Source: a virus (lineage: Duplodnaviria > Caudoviricetes). From it: DNA of 64,000 nt. Every line of letters begins with the position of its first letter. The stretch's first letter is position 1. The DNA lies in IMG/VR virus record IMGVR_UViG_3300022752_000014; one strand, given 5' to 3'. The notes under the pieces are model-generated. The model did not search any database. It worked only from the letters and a program-made list of their open reading frames with translations, and was not told the DNA's origin. A program made the translations under genes and the position numbers. Below, piece by piece: positions 38,101 to 48,703 of the stretch.

Positions 38101-41100
38101 ATCTAACGTCTACAGGAATTGGTACACACACATTTAACTATCCAGAAATAAAAGTAGAACTCATAGGTAATGTTGGATTATCCTCAATTGGAACAAAAAC
38201 ATTTGATGCGGTTGTTCAACCTATTTTTAGAGGTCAAATCACTTCAGTTCATCTAACTTCAAAAGGTGTTGGATATGGTTCATCTGAAATTATTAATTTC
38301 TACAGACAACCTTCTTTTGCATTGAAGTCTGGCAAATCAGCACAATTAAACCCAATAGTATCAACAGATGGGAGACTTATAGAAGTTTTAGTTGATAATG
38401 TTGGATCTGAATACAATTCTCCACCAACCCTAACCATCATTGGAAGCGGTTCTGGTGCGGTAGTTACACCAATCATTACAAATGGTCAATTAACATCGGT
38501 TAAAGTAATTGAGAGTGGGTTGGGATATACGCAAGAGTCAACTTCTATTATTGTGACGCCTGCTGGGTCTTCTGCAGAGTTTAGTGGAAAGATTCAATCT
38601 TGGACTATTAATCTTTATAAAAAATATTATTCATCAATTACACCAGATGATGGTTTTGTTACAAAGGGATTAAATGAAAAGTTTGGTCTTCAGTATTCAC
38701 ATCTTTATGCACCAAGAAAGTTAAGAGAAATTATTCAACCAGTAGATCAGAGTGGAAATAAAGTTTATGGTAAAACTGATTTAGCAAAGGAAAACAATGT
38801 TGAAGCGAACTCTACAAGTCACTCGCCAATTATTGGATGGGCATATGATGGAAATCCAATTTATGGACCATATGGTTATGTTACAAAAACTGGTGGCATT
38901 GTTTCTCAATTAAAATCTTCATATATTTTAGAAAATAAACCAAATAGACCATCATCTACATTATTTGAGTCTGGATTTTTTGTAGAAGACTTTACTTATT
39001 ATAAAAAATCTGACGACACATTCCTTGATGAAAAAAATGGAAGATTCTGCGTAACTCCAGAATATCCTAAAGGAGTTTATGCATATTTTGCTACGTTTGA
39101 AACTTCTCCAGATAGTGGTGGAAAATTTGTAGGATACAAACAACCAAAGTTTCCATATCTAATTGGTAATTCATTTAAGTCAAAACCAAATGAATTTAAT
39201 TTCCTAAAAAATTCAAATCAAGACGATTTTGATTTGAATCAGACCAATTGGTCCAGAAATACTTATTTTTATAACTTAATAAATGATGAAGCATCGTATC
39301 CATATATTACAGTTCCTAATAAATTAAATCAAACTGTAGACGTTAAATTTGCAACTCCTGGAGTAATAGAGTCAATAGGTATTGTAACAGGTGGTCAAAA
39401 CTATAGAGTTAATGATTCTTTAGTTTTTGATAATACAAATACTCAAGGAGATGGTGCAAGTGCTAGAATTTTTAAACTTAAAGGAAAAGAAGTAACAACA
39501 GTTAGTGTTGCAACCAGTTCTATCTCTGAAGTAGAAATATATCCAGGAGAAAATAAAGATGACTATATTATTTTTGCAGAGAATCCACACAACTTTAAAA
39601 ATTACGATGATATTGCAGTATCTGGATTAAATACAACTTCATCATTACTTGAAGGTTCTTATCAAATAGGTGTGTCTACAAATATTCTTATTCTCTCTGG
39701 AATTGGAACCACTACGGGAACAATTACCACCGGCATAGGAAGTACAGGAGTAACTGGTATTATAACTTATATTAATGTAAAAGGTACTCTAAATTATCCA
39801 ATTATAAGAGAAAATGATGTTTTATCAATAGAAAATGAAAAAGTTAAAGTTCTGAACGTAGATAAATTAAATTCTAGAATTCGTGTTATTAGATCTTATC
39901 AAGGAACATCTGGTGTAGCTCACACTGCATCAACATTAATCAAAGAATCTCCAAGAAAACTTACTATTAATGCGGGATACAAAACATCTTATGATTATAG
40001 AATAAACAAGCAATTATATTTTAATCCTGCAGATTCTGTTGGATTAGGGACACTTTTTGGAGTTGGCATTGGCACTACAATTACTTTTAGTAATCCTGGA
40101 GCAGGAATAACTCAGATATTCATCCCAACAAAATCAATCTATATTCCAGGACACGGATTAGAAACAGGTGATCTTGTCACTTATTCAAATAATGGTGGGT
40201 CTTCGCTTGTAATTTCTTCTACTGGAATCGGAACAACTTCTTTATCCGACCAATCAAACGTTTATGTTGCAAAAATTTCAGATGATTTAATTGGTATTGC
40301 TACAGTTAGAGTTGGTTTAGGTTCTACAGGCACTTTCGTCGGAATCGCAAGTACTCAAAGATCTGAATCAACGGTTTACTTTATTTCAAATGGAACTGGG
40401 GTATATCATAGTTTTAAAACTAACTTTAGTGTAATTACAGGAACTATTGAAAGAAATATTGTTACGGTTTCGTGTGCTGCCACTCACGGGTTGAATAATA
40501 ATGATACTGTTTATATTGATGTCAATCCTTCAATTTCAACAACTATTACAGTTAAGTATGATGATTATAATAGAAAAGTAATAGTCAATCCAAAATCATT
40601 TGCAGGTGTCAATACATCAACAAATACAATTACAATATCCAATCACGGATTCTATAGTGGCCAAAAAGTAATTCATACCTCAACAGCACCTTCTGGTGGA
40701 TTGCAAAATGAAGGAGAATACTTTATTGTAAAAGTTGATAAAAATAATTTTAAATTATCAACTACATTCTATGGTGCAACAAAACTTATACCTACTATAG
40801 TAGGAATTACAAGTTCATCAACTGGTAATATTTCTCCTATCAATCCACCTTTAACCCTTTATAAAAATTCTCAAGTAATATTTGATGTATCCGATTCTTC
40901 TCTATCTTATGTAAATCAATCACAAAGATATCCTGCGTTTAGTTTGGATTTTTATAGAGATAGTAATTTTACTCAAATTTTTGAAACCAGCGGTAAGAAA
41001 AATACATTTGAAGTACAAAAATCTGGAATTGTTGGAGTATCGTCAAATGCAAAAGTTATTCTCACTGTTAATAGCAATATTCCACAAAAGTTATATTATA

Positions 41101-44100
41101 AACTTACTCCAGTCTATGAAAGCACAATTCCAGATGATAAAAAGTATCTTGGAATAGATTCTGAAATTGTTTTAAATAATCAAATTGAAGTATTAGAAAG
41201 TAAGTATAATGGTGAAAAAGTTATAACTTCAGTATCATCAACAAGTTTTACATATACTTTACCAACAACACCAGAAAATTCCTCATACGTAAGTTCAGCA
41301 TCAAGTATCAGTTATACAACAAATTCTACAAATGCCTTTGGATCTATTTCCGAAATTGAAATTGTAAATGGCGGAAGAAATTATTATTCACTACCTGGAA
41401 TTTCTACCATTATTTCGTCAAACGGACAAAATGCAATTTTAGAAGCATCTAGCACTTCTATTGGAAAAATTAAAAAAACAAAAATTAATGATATTGGATT
41501 TGATTTCCCAAGTGATTTAACCCTCAGACCTAGTGTTTCTTTGAATCAGGTCATCAAAGTAGAACCACTGTCATCACTTAAATCAGTTGGAGTTAATTCT
41601 TTTGGAAGGGGATATTCATCTGCACCAAAACTTTTAGTGTTTGATGGAAAAACTAATAAAATAATTCCAGAAGTTGATTTGAAATATACTCTTGGACAAA
41701 ATCAAGTTGAAATTCGCAAAAATACTTATGGTTTAAACAATGCAACTCCAACTATTCTTCCAGTACAAAATTCAAACGGAGTTGGTATTGGTTCAATAAA
41801 ATACAATTCAAATACAAAAGAAGTTATTGTTACTTTATCCGTAGGATTCAGCACAGCAGATTCTTTCCCATTCAAAGTAAATGACAGAGTTCTAATTGAA
41901 GGTATTAGTGTAGGAGTGGGGTCTACTGCAACTGGATATAATTCAGAAAATTATAATTACAAATTATTCACACTTACTTCCGTCACAGAAAATAGAGGTG
42001 GAATTGGGTCTGTATCTTATAGTCTTGATGGGATTTTAACAGGTTCTCAAATACCAGGAACTTATGATCCTGTCAATTCCGCTGGAAGAATTATACCAGA
42101 AAAATATTTCCCAAGTTTTGAGATCCAACTACAAAAAAATAATTATCTAATCGGGGAACCAATAAAATCAAATACGACTTCTGGTTATGTTGATGGTTGG
42201 AATTCAACTATAAATCAACTTAGAGCAGTATCTAAAGATAACTTCATTGAAGGAGAAATTATTGAAGGATTAACATCAAAAACTCAAGGAATCGCAAGTA
42301 TTGTAGACACCACAGATTCCTTCTTCAAGTTAGATTCAACATCACTAGTTGATAATGGGTGGCAAGTTAATGCCGGATTCTTAAATACCAATTCAGAAAG
42401 AATTCAGGATAGTGATTTCTACCAAAACTTCTCATATTCAATTAAATCCCAAGTAAGTTATGATGATTGGAAAGATGCGGTAAGCACCTTAAATCATACA
42501 ACAGGATTTAAGAAATTTGCTGAATATCAATTAGAAACAAAAAATTCCAACTCAATGGCAGTTGGATTATCTACAGAGAAAACTTATATTGACGTAACAT
42601 CTGATATTATTAGTTTTGTAGATTTAAACTGTGTCACTGATTTTGATCTAGTAAGAGAAAATTCTCTTAAACTTGGAGAAAAAACATTCTCAAATGAGAT
42701 TACTTTTTCTAATAAAATTTTAACCGATTATTCTGAATCAATTGGTAATAGAGTTCTATCTATTGATGATATAAGTTCTGAATTTAATAGCAATCCAAGA
42801 TCGACAAGATTTTCAGAAGTTCATAGATTTTCACTATCTGATGCTAGAGCACAAAAGTATATTACTTATGTAAGTGATAGAAGATATGTTGGACAACGGC
42901 AGTTGATGTTAGTTACTTTACTGCATAGTGATGGGGTTGGTTATCTTAATCAATATGCAAGACTAGAATCAACATATGATTTAGGATCATTTGATTTTTC
43001 TATTGAGGGATCTGAAGGAATTCTGACATTCAATCCAACTAATTACTCAATTAATGATTATACTGTTACTACTTTAGCATACAATCTTAAAGATGTAATG
43101 CTTGGTATCAATACCCTTAATTTTGGGGACTTAGTAACTACTCAAACAAGTAGTGGATCAGTTTCTTCTGGTTCTACAACAATCGTTGGTGTTGGAACCA
43201 CATATACTTCTGCCAAAGTTCTAGTTGAACTTACAGGATCAAACGGTCAATATGAATTTGATGAATTAAACATAGTTCACGATGGAACTAATGTAGAGTT
43301 ACTTGAATATGGTCAAATTACAAATCATTCCTTAGATGTTTATTCTAGTTCTGGACTCGGAACTTATTATCCATATATTTCTGGATCTCAACTTAAAGTA
43401 GATTTTTATCCAAATACTGGAGTTGCAGTAACGTTTAATACTTTCCAAACTCTTTTAGGTGGATCCTCTTCTGGAATTGGAACTTATGATATGAAACACG
43501 CCAGACTTCAGGGCATATCAACTTCAATATCATCTTCTGGATCTCCAGTGGCTACATCAATCATTGAATATCCTGGAGATTATGATTGCTCATATAGCAT
43601 TGTTCAAGTTGCCGATACCACAAATAATAGATATCAATTGTCCGAAATTGCTGCTTTAGATAATCAAACGGATGAAAGTTCTGGAGAAACTTATATTGTT
43701 GAATTTGCAAATGTAGAGACTTATTCTGGTCTTGGTACTTTTGGTATTAGAAAAAATTCATCAACAACACAAATAACTTTTACGCCATTAGCAAATATCA
43801 ACACAAGAGTCGTTGGATTCTTTAATGCTTTAAGATCTCAAGATGATGTAAAAGATGTAGTTTCATTTAACAATGGTAGTATTGAAACAAATTTCGGAAC
43901 TTATTTTGGCACTGAAAGAGATATTAAACGAGCATTTGATCTAAAACATAAAGGATATCAAATATTCAGAAGAGATTTTGATGGTAGCAGTGTTTCTATT
44001 GCAAACACTCTTACAAATTCAATTACAATTCCAAATCACTTTTTCGTTACTGGAGAGCAAATTACTTATACAAATCCTGGAGCAGGAACTACACAAGCGA

Positions 44101-47100
44101 TAGGAATTACTTCTACTGACTTTGGAGTTGGTATTGGAACAACAGACAAATTGCCATCTAGTGTTTATGTGGTGAAAGTTAATGAAAATACGATTAAACT
44201 TTCTAAGAGTGCTCAAGATGCTTTAAATTCAACTCCAAATGTTTTAGACTTAACAACCGTAGGTATAGGGACTTCGCACGCATTTATTTCTACAAATCAA
44301 AATGCAAAAGTTATTGTTGCAATTGATAATTTAATTCAAGCACCTATTGTTGCTACGGCACAAACAACTACATTATTAATTAATGCATTTAGTACTGATG
44401 ACATACTTTATGTCAGCGGAATAACTTCTTTCTTTGGTGGAGATTTGATTAAGATTGGAAATGAAATTATGAGAATTGACTCTGTTGGTGTTGGAAGTAC
44501 AAATGCAATCAGAGTTAGAAGACCTTGGATGGGAACAGCAGTCGCGGGATATTCCACAGGATCTTTAGTGACAAAGGTAAATGGAAATTACAATATTGTA
44601 GATAATACCATTAATTTCATAGAAGCTCCTTTTGGAAATATACCTTTAAGTACAAGCACAAATCCGCCAAATGAAAGAGACTGGATTGGAATATCAACAA
44701 GTTCTAGATTCCAAGGGAGAACCTTCCTAAGATCTGGATCTCCTGCGAGTACGAACGAAACTTATTCTAAAAATTATATTTTTACTGATATTTCAAATCA
44801 ATTCAATGGAAAAACAAAAAATTTCAATCTAAAATCAAATGGATCAAACGTAACAGGAATCGCTACAGAAAATGCTGTCATACTAATTAATGATATCTTC
44901 CAGGGACCCGGTTTAACTAATGATTATAATTTGGTAGAGTCTGCTGGAATAACTTCCATTACATTTACTGGTGCTGCTACCTCTATTGCATATGATGTGA
45001 ATACTTCATCTTTACCTTCTGGTGGTGTAATAGTATCGGTAGGATCTACAGAGGGTTTTGGATATCAACCTTTGGTCTCCGCAGGTGGCACTGCAATTGT
45101 ATCTGGTCTCGGCACCATTTCTTCTATTAGTATTGGCAACAGTGGATCTGGATATAGATCTGGTCTACAAGTTGTAAGAGTTGGAGTGGCAACATCATCT
45201 ACAGGAGTTTTACCAATTCAATTTATTGGTATTGCATCAGTAAGTAATGGACACGTTGTTAGTGTTGCTATTACAAATCCAGGATCTGGATACACTTCAA
45301 CAAATCCACCATATGTAATAATTGATTCTCCTCTCTCATACTCAAATCTTTCCCTTGTTTATAGTTCTTCTTCAGTAACTGGTGTAGGAAGTCAAGCAAC
45401 AGTTGATGTTGTTGTTGGTCAAGGATCAAGTGTTATAGATTTTGAAATCAAAAATCTTGGGTATGGATATGGTCAAGGAGAGATACTTACAGTTTCTATT
45501 GGTGGAACGGTTGGAATTCCTACAGATCCAACTAAACCATTTAAAGAATTCCAAATCTCTATTCAGAATACAATTAATAATAAGTTTAATGGATGGTCAA
45601 TTGGAGAACTTCAAGTCTTAGATAATATTGAAAACTTATTTGATGGATCAAGATTAATATTCCCATTAAAAGTTGCTGGATCATTGAAATCATTTAGATC
45701 AGCAAAAGGTTCAAACATCAATATTCAAGATAATTTCTTAGTCTTCTTGAATGATGTCTTACAAGTGCCTGGATCTGGATATCAGTTTGCTGGTGGTAGT
45801 GTAATTACATTTACAGAAGCTCCAAAATCTGGAGATACTTGCAAAATTATTTTCTATAGAGGAAGTGGTTCAATTGATGTTATTGAAAGAAATATATTAG
45901 AAACTGTTAAACTCGGTGATGGGCTAACAATTGGTTATGATGCTGGTTTAGGTCAATCTCCGACTTTACAAGAGAGCGAAAGAACTGTAAATTTCATTGA
46001 ATCCGAATCTACAAATTTAGTCAAAACTTTACCATACTATGGTCCAGGATTATCAAATAATCCAATTACATTAAGACCAGTTACTTGGTGTAGACAAACT
46101 GAAGATAAAATTATTGACGAAAAAGAAGTTGGTAAGGACAGAATTCTATATGAAGCTTCTATCTACCCATCTTCATATTTAATTCAATCAGTTGGAATTG
46201 GATCTACCATTGCATTTGTCGATACAATTCGTCCATTCTTTAATCCAATTAATGAAAATGATATTTCATTGACATTCCAAAAAGATATTGCAATCTTATC
46301 TCAAGATAGCAAAGTTGCCGCGGCTGCTACTGCAATTGTAAGCATTGCAGGAACTATTTCTTCAATACAAATCTCTGACGGCGGATTTGGTTATACAAGT
46401 TCTCCAACAGTAACAATTGAAAATGCAGTTGGATTTGGATCAACGGCAGTGGGTATTGCATCAATCACTGCTGGAATTGTAACTTCTATCTCTATAACAG
46501 GACCAGGAACGGGATACACATCAACGAATGTTCCAAACGTTCTCATTTCTCCACCCGCTTTCTCAGTCGAAGAAAACACAGTTAATAGTTATGAAGGAGA
46601 CTTTGGAATTATTACGGGAGTTTCTACAACATCTGTAGGTGTTGCTTCTACTGGAGTAGTATTTGATTTTGTAATTCCAAATGATTCTCCACTTAGAAAT
46701 TCTTCAATTACTGGAGTAACAACAGTTAGTGGAATCACTACAGGATATTATTTTGTTGTTCATCGTTCTAATGTTGGTAAAGGAGTTACTTCTTTAAATT
46801 CTAATGGTTCTACTATTGGAATAGGCACTACTTTCTTAGATAATGTCTATCAAGCAGTTGCAGTTTCTATTGCACAAACCGCTGTTCCTGGTTTAGGAAT
46901 AACTCACGTTGCAAAAGTAACAGTAAGTCTTTCTTCTTATAATAATCTTTCTGGAATGGGTTATAGTAGTTTCTTTGGTGAGTATAGTTGGGGAAGAATT
47001 TCTTTGGGAAGCAGAAAGAAAGAAAGTGCTTACAATGCATATGTCACAAATGGTTATGTTGGAATTGCAACAGGAACTATGATTCGAAGAAATTCTCCCC

Positions 47101-47126
47101 TTAAATACCTCAATTACATTTCATAA
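35127..47126 (+). CDS. gp7: giant baseplate wedge initiator / structural protein, gp7-like (3999 aa)
   Basis: Lies between gp6 and gp8; IKDFYQSKGT, HSPIIGWAYDGNPIYGPYGY, IQDSDFYQNFSYSIKS; many repeated beta domains. Confidence 0.85.
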   Translation: MTEKRVQFSNIVQNQLPAYVREEFPLISEFLSQYYISQEFQGAPVDLIQNIDQYVKVDEIANNSNSLYLSTSINDIDTTIVVDVGKNPEGTLNFPDSYGLLQIGDEIITYTGKTTNSFTGCIRGFSGITSYTTQNAPDQLTFKSSKSSSHNSGTKVVNLSSLFLKQFLSKIKYQLSPGFEDRTLYSGLDQSIFLKQIKDFYQSKGTDESFIILFKVLYGKDVKIIKPKENLFRPSDAQYRLTNDVVVESISGDPSDLINQTLQQNAYGNISYARSPITYIEKIVSGVGNTYYKLSLDSGYNRDIIANGATVGKFTVHPQTKIIGPVSTGVTVFDVDSTVGFSSSGELLVKYGDDSTGIVTYTSKTLTQFFGCSGVSKTILDGAAIGINTYASAYKPNGSLVKLRVTSVLNSTEIIGDTRYHSKDDTSIIRTLGVKIEDTPSKNWFFNIPVSYKVKSIFSLGTNDTYNITTDKKNVLKIGDKVDVISSSGVKKTSTVIDLISDTTFTIKGQGSLSLSDTYTIKKIILKVNSSFFPGASTLNSNVQNVYKLNQKTLVSSPSIPSYYNQSLNATNRLVTISGSFSGDTFTITPNSDHGFYTGDSVYYTPASPTNSLFDEGIYFIKRVDSNKIKLAKSRSNIFNNIFVSISSATTVTSDKIELYDLKSKTLGSQKILREIDTPIEDGNVYETNPGFTGILINGVEVLNYKASESINYGKLERVNVIAPGSNYDIINPPVLSISDSVGSGATGFCAIKGSLQEIRIIDPGFDYLDTPIIKITGGNGVGAKAYANMKLISHESVFNSQGNAALIDIGSATSTIGFTTYHKFRNGERVIYKTDSQRGVGGLSTDSSYFVSVKDNFTVKLHNTLNDAISGINTVVLSSYGIGNHKLQSYNQKSVLKSINIENPGFGYENKKRTTTHLGINTSLSQIEIESHNYESGETIVYTTDFTPIGGLSTNTNYIVTKVNDNEFKLSTVGVGSTDYDFYYKTKQYVDLTSTGIGTHTFNYPEIKVELIGNVGLSSIGTKTFDAVVQPIFRGQITSVHLTSKGVGYGSSEIINFYRQPSFALKSGKSAQLNPIVSTDGRLIEVLVDNVGSEYNSPPTLTIIGSGSGAVVTPIITNGQLTSVKVIESGLGYTQESTSIIVTPAGSSAEFSGKIQSWTINLYKKYYSSITPDDGFVTKGLNEKFGLQYSHLYAPRKLREIIQPVDQSGNKVYGKTDLAKENNVEANSTSHSPIIGWAYDGNPIYGPYGYVTKTGGIVSQLKSSYILENKPNRPSSTLFESGFFVEDFTYYKKSDDTFLDEKNGRFCVTPEYPKGVYAYFATFETSPDSGGKFVGYKQPKFPYLIGNSFKSKPNEFNFLKNSNQDDFDLNQTNWSRNTYFYNLINDEASYPYITVPNKLNQTVDVKFATPGVIESIGIVTGGQNYRVNDSLVFDNTNTQGDGASARIFKLKGKEVTTVSVATSSISEVEIYPGENKDDYIIFAENPHNFKNYDDIAVSGLNTTSSLLEGSYQIGVSTNILILSGIGTTTGTITTGIGSTGVTGIITYINVKGTLNYPIIRENDVLSIENEKVKVLNVDKLNSRIRVIRSYQGTSGVAHTASTLIKESPRKLTINAGYKTSYDYRINKQLYFNPADSVGLGTLFGVGIGTTITFSNPGAGITQIFIPTKSIYIPGHGLETGDLVTYSNNGGSSLVISSTGIGTTSLSDQSNVYVAKISDDLIGIATVRVGLGSTGTFVGIASTQRSESTVYFISNGTGVYHSFKTNFSVITGTIERNIVTVSCAATHGLNNNDTVYIDVNPSISTTITVKYDDYNRKVIVNPKSFAGVNTSTNTITISNHGFYSGQKVIHTSTAPSGGLQNEGEYFIVKVDKNNFKLSTTFYGATKLIPTIVGITSSSTGNISPINPPLTLYKNSQVIFDVSDSSLSYVNQSQRYPAFSLDFYRDSNFTQIFETSGKKNTFEVQKSGIVGVSSNAKVILTVNSNIPQKLYYKLTPVYESTIPDDKKYLGIDSEIVLNNQIEVLESKYNGEKVITSVSSTSFTYTLPTTPENSSYVSSASSISYTTNSTNAFGSISEIEIVNGGRNYYSLPGISTIISSNGQNAILEASSTSIGKIKKTKINDIGFDFPSDLTLRPSVSLNQVIKVEPLSSLKSVGVNSFGRGYSSAPKLLVFDGKTNKIIPEVDLKYTLGQNQVEIRKNTYGLNNATPTILPVQNSNGVGIGSIKYNSNTKEVIVTLSVGFSTADSFPFKVNDRVLIEGISVGVGSTATGYNSENYNYKLFTLTSVTENRGGIGSVSYSLDGILTGSQIPGTYDPVNSAGRIIPEKYFPSFEIQLQKNNYLIGEPIKSNTTSGYVDGWNSTINQLRAVSKDNFIEGEIIEGLTSKTQGIASIVDTTDSFFKLDSTSLVDNGWQVNAGFLNTNSERIQDSDFYQNFSYSIKSQVSYDDWKDAVSTLNHTTGFKKFAEYQLETKNSNSMAVGLSTEKTYIDVTSDIISFVDLNCVTDFDLVRENSLKLGEKTFSNEITFSNKILTDYSESIGNRVLSIDDISSEFNSNPRSTRFSEVHRFSLSDARAQKYITYVSDRRYVGQRQLMLVTLLHSDGVGYLNQYARLESTYDLGSFDFSIEGSEGILTFNPTNYSINDYTVTTLAYNLKDVMLGINTLNFGDLVTTQTSSGSVSSGSTTIVGVGTTYTSAKVLVELTGSNGQYEFDELNIVHDGTNVELLEYGQITNHSLDVYSSSGLGTYYPYISGSQLKVDFYPNTGVAVTFNTFQTLLGGSSSGIGTYDMKHARLQGISTSISSSGSPVATSIIEYPGDYDCSYSIVQVADTTNNRYQLSEIAALDNQTDESSGETYIVEFANVETYSGLGTFGIRKNSSTTQITFTPLANINTRVVGFFNALRSQDDVKDVVSFNNGSIETNFGTYFGTERDIKRAFDLKHKGYQIFRRDFDGSSVSIANTLTNSITIPNHFFVTGEQITYTNPGAGTTQAIGITSTDFGVGIGTTDKLPSSVYVVKVNENTIKLSKSAQDALNSTPNVLDLTTVGIGTSHAFISTNQNAKVIVAIDNLIQAPIVATAQTTTLLINAFSTDDILYVSGITSFFGGDLIKIGNEIMRIDSVGVGSTNAIRVRRPWMGTAVAGYSTGSLVTKVNGNYNIVDNTINFIEAPFGNIPLSTSTNPPNERDWIGISTSSRFQGRTFLRSGSPASTNETYSKNYIFTDISNQFNGKTKNFNLKSNGSNVTGIATENAVILINDIFQGPGLTNDYNLVESAGITSITFTGAATSIAYDVNTSSLPSGGVIVSVGSTEGFGYQPLVSAGGTAIVSGLGTISSISIGNSGSGYRSGLQVVRVGVATSSTGVLPIQFIGIASVSNGHVVSVAITNPGSGYTSTNPPYVIIDSPLSYSNLSLVYSSSSVTGVGSQATVDVVVGQGSSVIDFEIKNLGYGYGQGEILTVSIGGTVGIPTDPTKPFKEFQISIQNTINNKFNGWSIGELQVLDNIENLFDGSRLIFPLKVAGSLKSFRSAKGSNINIQDNFLVFLNDVLQVPGSGYQFAGGSVITFTEAPKSGDTCKIIFYRGSGSIDVIERNILETVKLGDGLTIGYDAGLGQSPTLQESERTVNFIESESTNLVKTLPYYGPGLSNNPITLRPVTWCRQTEDKIIDEKEVGKDRILYEASIYPSSYLIQSVGIGSTIAFVDTIRPFFNPINENDISLTFQKDIAILSQDSKVAAAATAIVSIAGTISSIQISDGGFGYTSSPTVTIENAVGFGSTAVGIASITAGIVTSISITGPGTGYTSTNVPNVLISPPAFSVEENTVNSYEGDFGIITGVSTTSVGVASTGVVFDFVIPNDSPLRNSSITGVTTVSGITTGYYFVVHRSNVGKGVTSLNSNGSTIGIGTTFLDNVYQAVAVSIAQTAVPGLGITHVAKVTVSLSSYNNLSGMGYSSFFGEYSWGRISLGSRKKESAYNAYVTNGYVGIATGTMIRRNSPLKYLNYIS

Positions 47127-47146
47127 ATAGATAAAAAACTGCTCAA

Positions 47147-48697
47147 ATGGCTGCAATTATAACTGATCAGATTAGAATATTAAATGCTAAGAATTTTGTT
47201 GCTGGGGTAAGTTCTTCGGGTAATTCCTATTACTCTTTTATAGGACTACCAAATCCAACAGAAATTCAATCTGATTGGGACACAAACCCTCCTTCACCAA
47301 AAGATTCTTTTGACGAAGAAAATAGTTATTGGGATACTATGATTGCACTTAAGAGAATTAGTGCATCTGAAGTTAGACAAGTTGTTCAAAAAAGGTTTTG
47401 GTCTTCTGGAACAACTTATGATATGTATCGTCATGATTATAGTAGATCAAATACTGCTAAAGTTTCTGGAGCAACCAATTTATATGCAGCATCTTATTAT
47501 ATTTTAAACAGTGATTATAGAGTTTACATATGCCTACAAAACGGAACAACACCAGACACTCCAAATGGAAAACCCTGCCTAGATGAACCAACATTTACAG
47601 ATCTAGAACCAAGATCCGCTGGTTCAAGTGGCGATGGTTATATTTGGAAATATCTGTATACTCTAAAACCTGCAGAGGTTACTAAGTTTGAAACTTCTGA
47701 TTTTATTCCTGTTCCTGCAAATTGGGATTCTTCCGTCGACAATACTGCAGTAAGAGATAATGCAGTGGATGGTTCAATCAAAATTGTAACAATAACCAAC
47801 AGAGGTGTGGGATTAGGAACTGCAAATAGAACTTACACTAGAGTTCCTATTAAAGGAGATGGAACTGGTGCTGAGTGTACTATTGTTGTCAATAATGATT
47901 CAAAAGTAGAAACGGTTACGGTCTCAAGTCAAGGATCTGGATATACTTATGGAAATGTTGATCTGTTAGCGGGAGGAGTACCAACAGGAACAACTAGACC
48001 CACCTTTAATGTAATTATTTCACCAAAAGGTGGCCACGGTGCAGATATATATCGTGAGTTGGGTGCATATAATGTTCTTCTTTATTCAAGAATAGAAAAT
48101 GATATTCAAAATCCAGATTTTATAACTGGGAATCAAATTGCCAGAGTTGGAATTGTTGAAAATCCAAAAGTAAGTTCTGGCACTCTACTTACATCCGATA
48201 AAGCAAGTGCAGTTTATGCTCTTAAATTAACTGGTATTGGATATAGTTCTGCAACATTTATTGCAGACTCATATGTAAAGCAGACAGTTGCAACAGGAAC
48301 TACTGCTGTTGGAAGAGTAGTTAGTTATGATCAAACCACAGGTGTTTTAAAGTATTGGCAAGACAGATCTCTAGCAGGATTTAATACTGTTGGTGTTGCA
48401 GTTACTAATCCAACATACGGATTCGATTTAACAGAATTTACTAGTTCTCCATCAACTGGAGGAAGTTTAACGATTGTTCCTTCCTCTGGTTCTAATTTAG
48501 CAATTGATACTTCTTTCACAGGTATATCTACAGTAATAAATAGTAGGACATATTACCTTGGACAGGAATTTACTAATGGTTTAGCAAATCCTGAAGTCAA
48601 AAAGTATTCAGGAAATATCATTTACGTTGACAACCGTCCAGCAATCACTAGATCATCAAACCAAAAAGAAGATATTAAAGTCATTTTGCAGTTCTAA
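47147..48697 (+). CDS. gp8: baseplate wedge subunit gp8
   Basis: WDTMIALKRI...WSSGTTYDMYRHDY...DGYIWKYLYT...YVDNRPAITR; ATAAATA 47123-47129. Confidence 0.93.
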   Translation: MAAIITDQIRILNAKNFVAGVSSSGNSYYSFIGLPNPTEIQSDWDTNPPSPKDSFDEENSYWDTMIALKRISASEVRQVVQKRFWSSGTTYDMYRHDYSRSNTAKVSGATNLYAASYYILNSDYRVYICLQNGTTPDTPNGKPCLDEPTFTDLEPRSAGSSGDGYIWKYLYTLKPAEVTKFETSDFIPVPANWDSSVDNTAVRDNAVDGSIKIVTITNRGVGLGTANRTYTRVPIKGDGTGAECTIVVNNDSKVETVTVSSQGSGYTYGNVDLLAGGVPTGTTRPTFNVIISPKGGHGADIYRELGAYNVLLYSRIENDIQNPDFITGNQIARVGIVENPKVSSGTLLTSDKASAVYALKLTGIGYSSATFIADSYVKQTVATGTTAVGRVVSYDQTTGVLKYWQDRSLAGFNTVGVAVTNPTYGFDLTEFTSSPSTGGSLTIVPSSGSNLAIDTSFTGISTVINSRTYYLGQEFTNGLANPEVKKYSGNIIYVDNRPAITRSSNQKEDIKVILQF

Positions 48698-48703
48698 AGA
48701 ATT